64,000 bases of DNA, from assembly GCA_041658665.1 (NCBI GenBank), contig JBAZZR010000002.1, forward strand, positions 137,147 through 201,146, in the 5' to 3' direction. Under the pieces are notes generated by a model, which saw only the letters and a list, made by a program, of their open reading frames with translations, searched no databases and was not told the origin of the DNA. Positions within the stretch are counted from its first letter, which is position 1; the number at the start of each line of letters is the position of its first letter. The DNA is from Patescibacteria group bacterium (GTDB lineage: Bacteria; Patescibacteriota; Patescibacteriia; Patescibacteriales; UBA12465). Made by a program: the position numbers and the translations under genes. This document shows positions 63,263 to 64,000 of the stretch, piece after piece.

Positions 63263-64000
63263 TTAATTAAGCCGTACTCGGACAAAATTGAATTTTCCTT
63301 TTTGGATAATTATTGAATCAATATCCGACCCAAATTCCAATTCTTGTTTCACATCTTTCATAACTACCATGGCTGAAGAATTAGTGGCCATTTTTTTTTC
63401 CATTTTAACTTTAATCGCTCCCTCGGTAATTTTTTGACGGCCCTCCGTTTTGCTTTTAACTAATTTTGTCTCGACTAACAAGTCGACGAGAAATTGCCGA
63501 GGCTTAGCCGTCAAATAAATATCCATCATTTCCGGTAATTCTTTGTTCTGAATAGTGTTCACAAAATGTTCTTGAGCCGACTGAGCCGCTTGGGCTCCTT
63601 TTTTCTCTCCCCCGCCAATAATCCGAGTTAATTCGTACGCTAATTTCATCTTTAAATCACGCGGATTAAGCTCTTTATCTTTCAGGCTGACCATCATCTT
63701 AGCAATCTCGGACATCGGTAAATTAGTACATAATTCAAAAGCGGTGCTAATCGCTCCATCCGGCCAAGACATTATCTGACCATAAATATTGTTCGGCTCT
63801 TCATTAAAAAACACCGCGTTACCCTCGCTTTTACCCATTTTTTTCCCTTCATCATCGGCTAAAAGTTTCAAAGTCATGACAAATTTTTCTTTATTTTTTA
63901 AAGTTTTGAGTAAAGTGCGGCCACACATCATATTAAACATCTGATCATTACCGCCGATTTCTAAATCGATATCTAAGGCGACGCTGTCATAAGCCTGAAC
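63263..64000 (-). CDS. tyrS: Tyrosyl-tRNA synthetase, C-terminal part (gene continues beyond the window)
   Basis: The frame is open to position 64000 (VQAYDSVALDIDLEIGGNDQMFN..). It has a KMGKS (KMSKS) loop and a C-terminal S4-like domain. Confidence 0.85.
   Translation of the reverse strand, partial: VQAYDSVALDIDLEIGGNDQMFNMMCGRTLLKTLKNKEKFVMTLKLLADDEGKKMGKSEGNAVFFNEEPNNIYGQIMSWPDGAISTAFELCTNLPMSEIAKMMVSLKDKELNPRDLKMKLAYELTRIIGGGEKKGAQAAQSAQEHFVNTIQNKELPEMMDIYLTAKPRQFLVDLLVETKLVKSKTEGRQKITEGAIKVKMEKKMATNSSAMVVMKDVKQELEFGSDIDSIIIQKGKFNFVRVRLN

Noticed and set aside
1-64000. Alternative genetic code (for example UGA recoding as in some CPR lineages)
   Set aside because: ORFs up to 6.4 kb are continuous under the standard code. 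Gene ends fall at TAA or TAG (with TGA at the 93-aa ORF) and give sensible C-termini.

Overview
This is an AT-rich, gene-dense bacterial fragment with about 55 protein genes and 2 tRNAs. All protein genes except four (clpP, relA/spoT-like, radC, one 93-aa ORF) are on the minus strand. The standard genetic code fits. Gene content: ftsZ-ftsA, secD/secF, nrdR-nrdD-nrdG as the only ribonucleotide reductase (RNR) seen, one short RelA/SpoT homologue, a prepilin peptidase, Wzy/O-antigen-ligase-like proteins, a stand-alone ComEC beta-lactamase domain, short gene overlaps, few Shine-Dalgarno (SD) sequences and very large secreted proteins. This resembles a small-genome anaerobe of the Candidate Phyla Radiation/Patescibacteria type; that is my inference from reading the sequence, not a search result. 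No CRISPR array, transposase, integrase, rRNA or recognisable defence system was found.

Main points for follow-up:
1. The class III RNR is split. The NrdD ORF stops just after its zinc site, and the glycyl-radical motif lies on an uncalled 45-aa ORF (6709..6846) in another frame. The gap is flanked by matched AGC codons.
2. A ~15-kb, seven-gene minus-strand block (22070..36996) encodes surface proteins of 915, 2131 and 1074 aa. The first two share an N-terminal membrane module resembling VirB2/TrbC-type type IV secretion (T4SS) pilins, followed by very cysteine-rich ectodomains. Four small membrane proteins with calcium-binding repeats follow.
3. An isolated gene encodes a secreted protein with a clear type IX secretion (T9SS) C-terminal sorting domain, which does not fit this genomic context.
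4. An uncalled 39-aa (xxKK)n lysine-rich ORF has a consensus SD and its own terminator.

The rest is ordinary housekeeping: cell division, Sec, ClpP, aminoacyl-tRNA synthetases, RuvB, GyrA, QueA, MscL, Ndk and similar.
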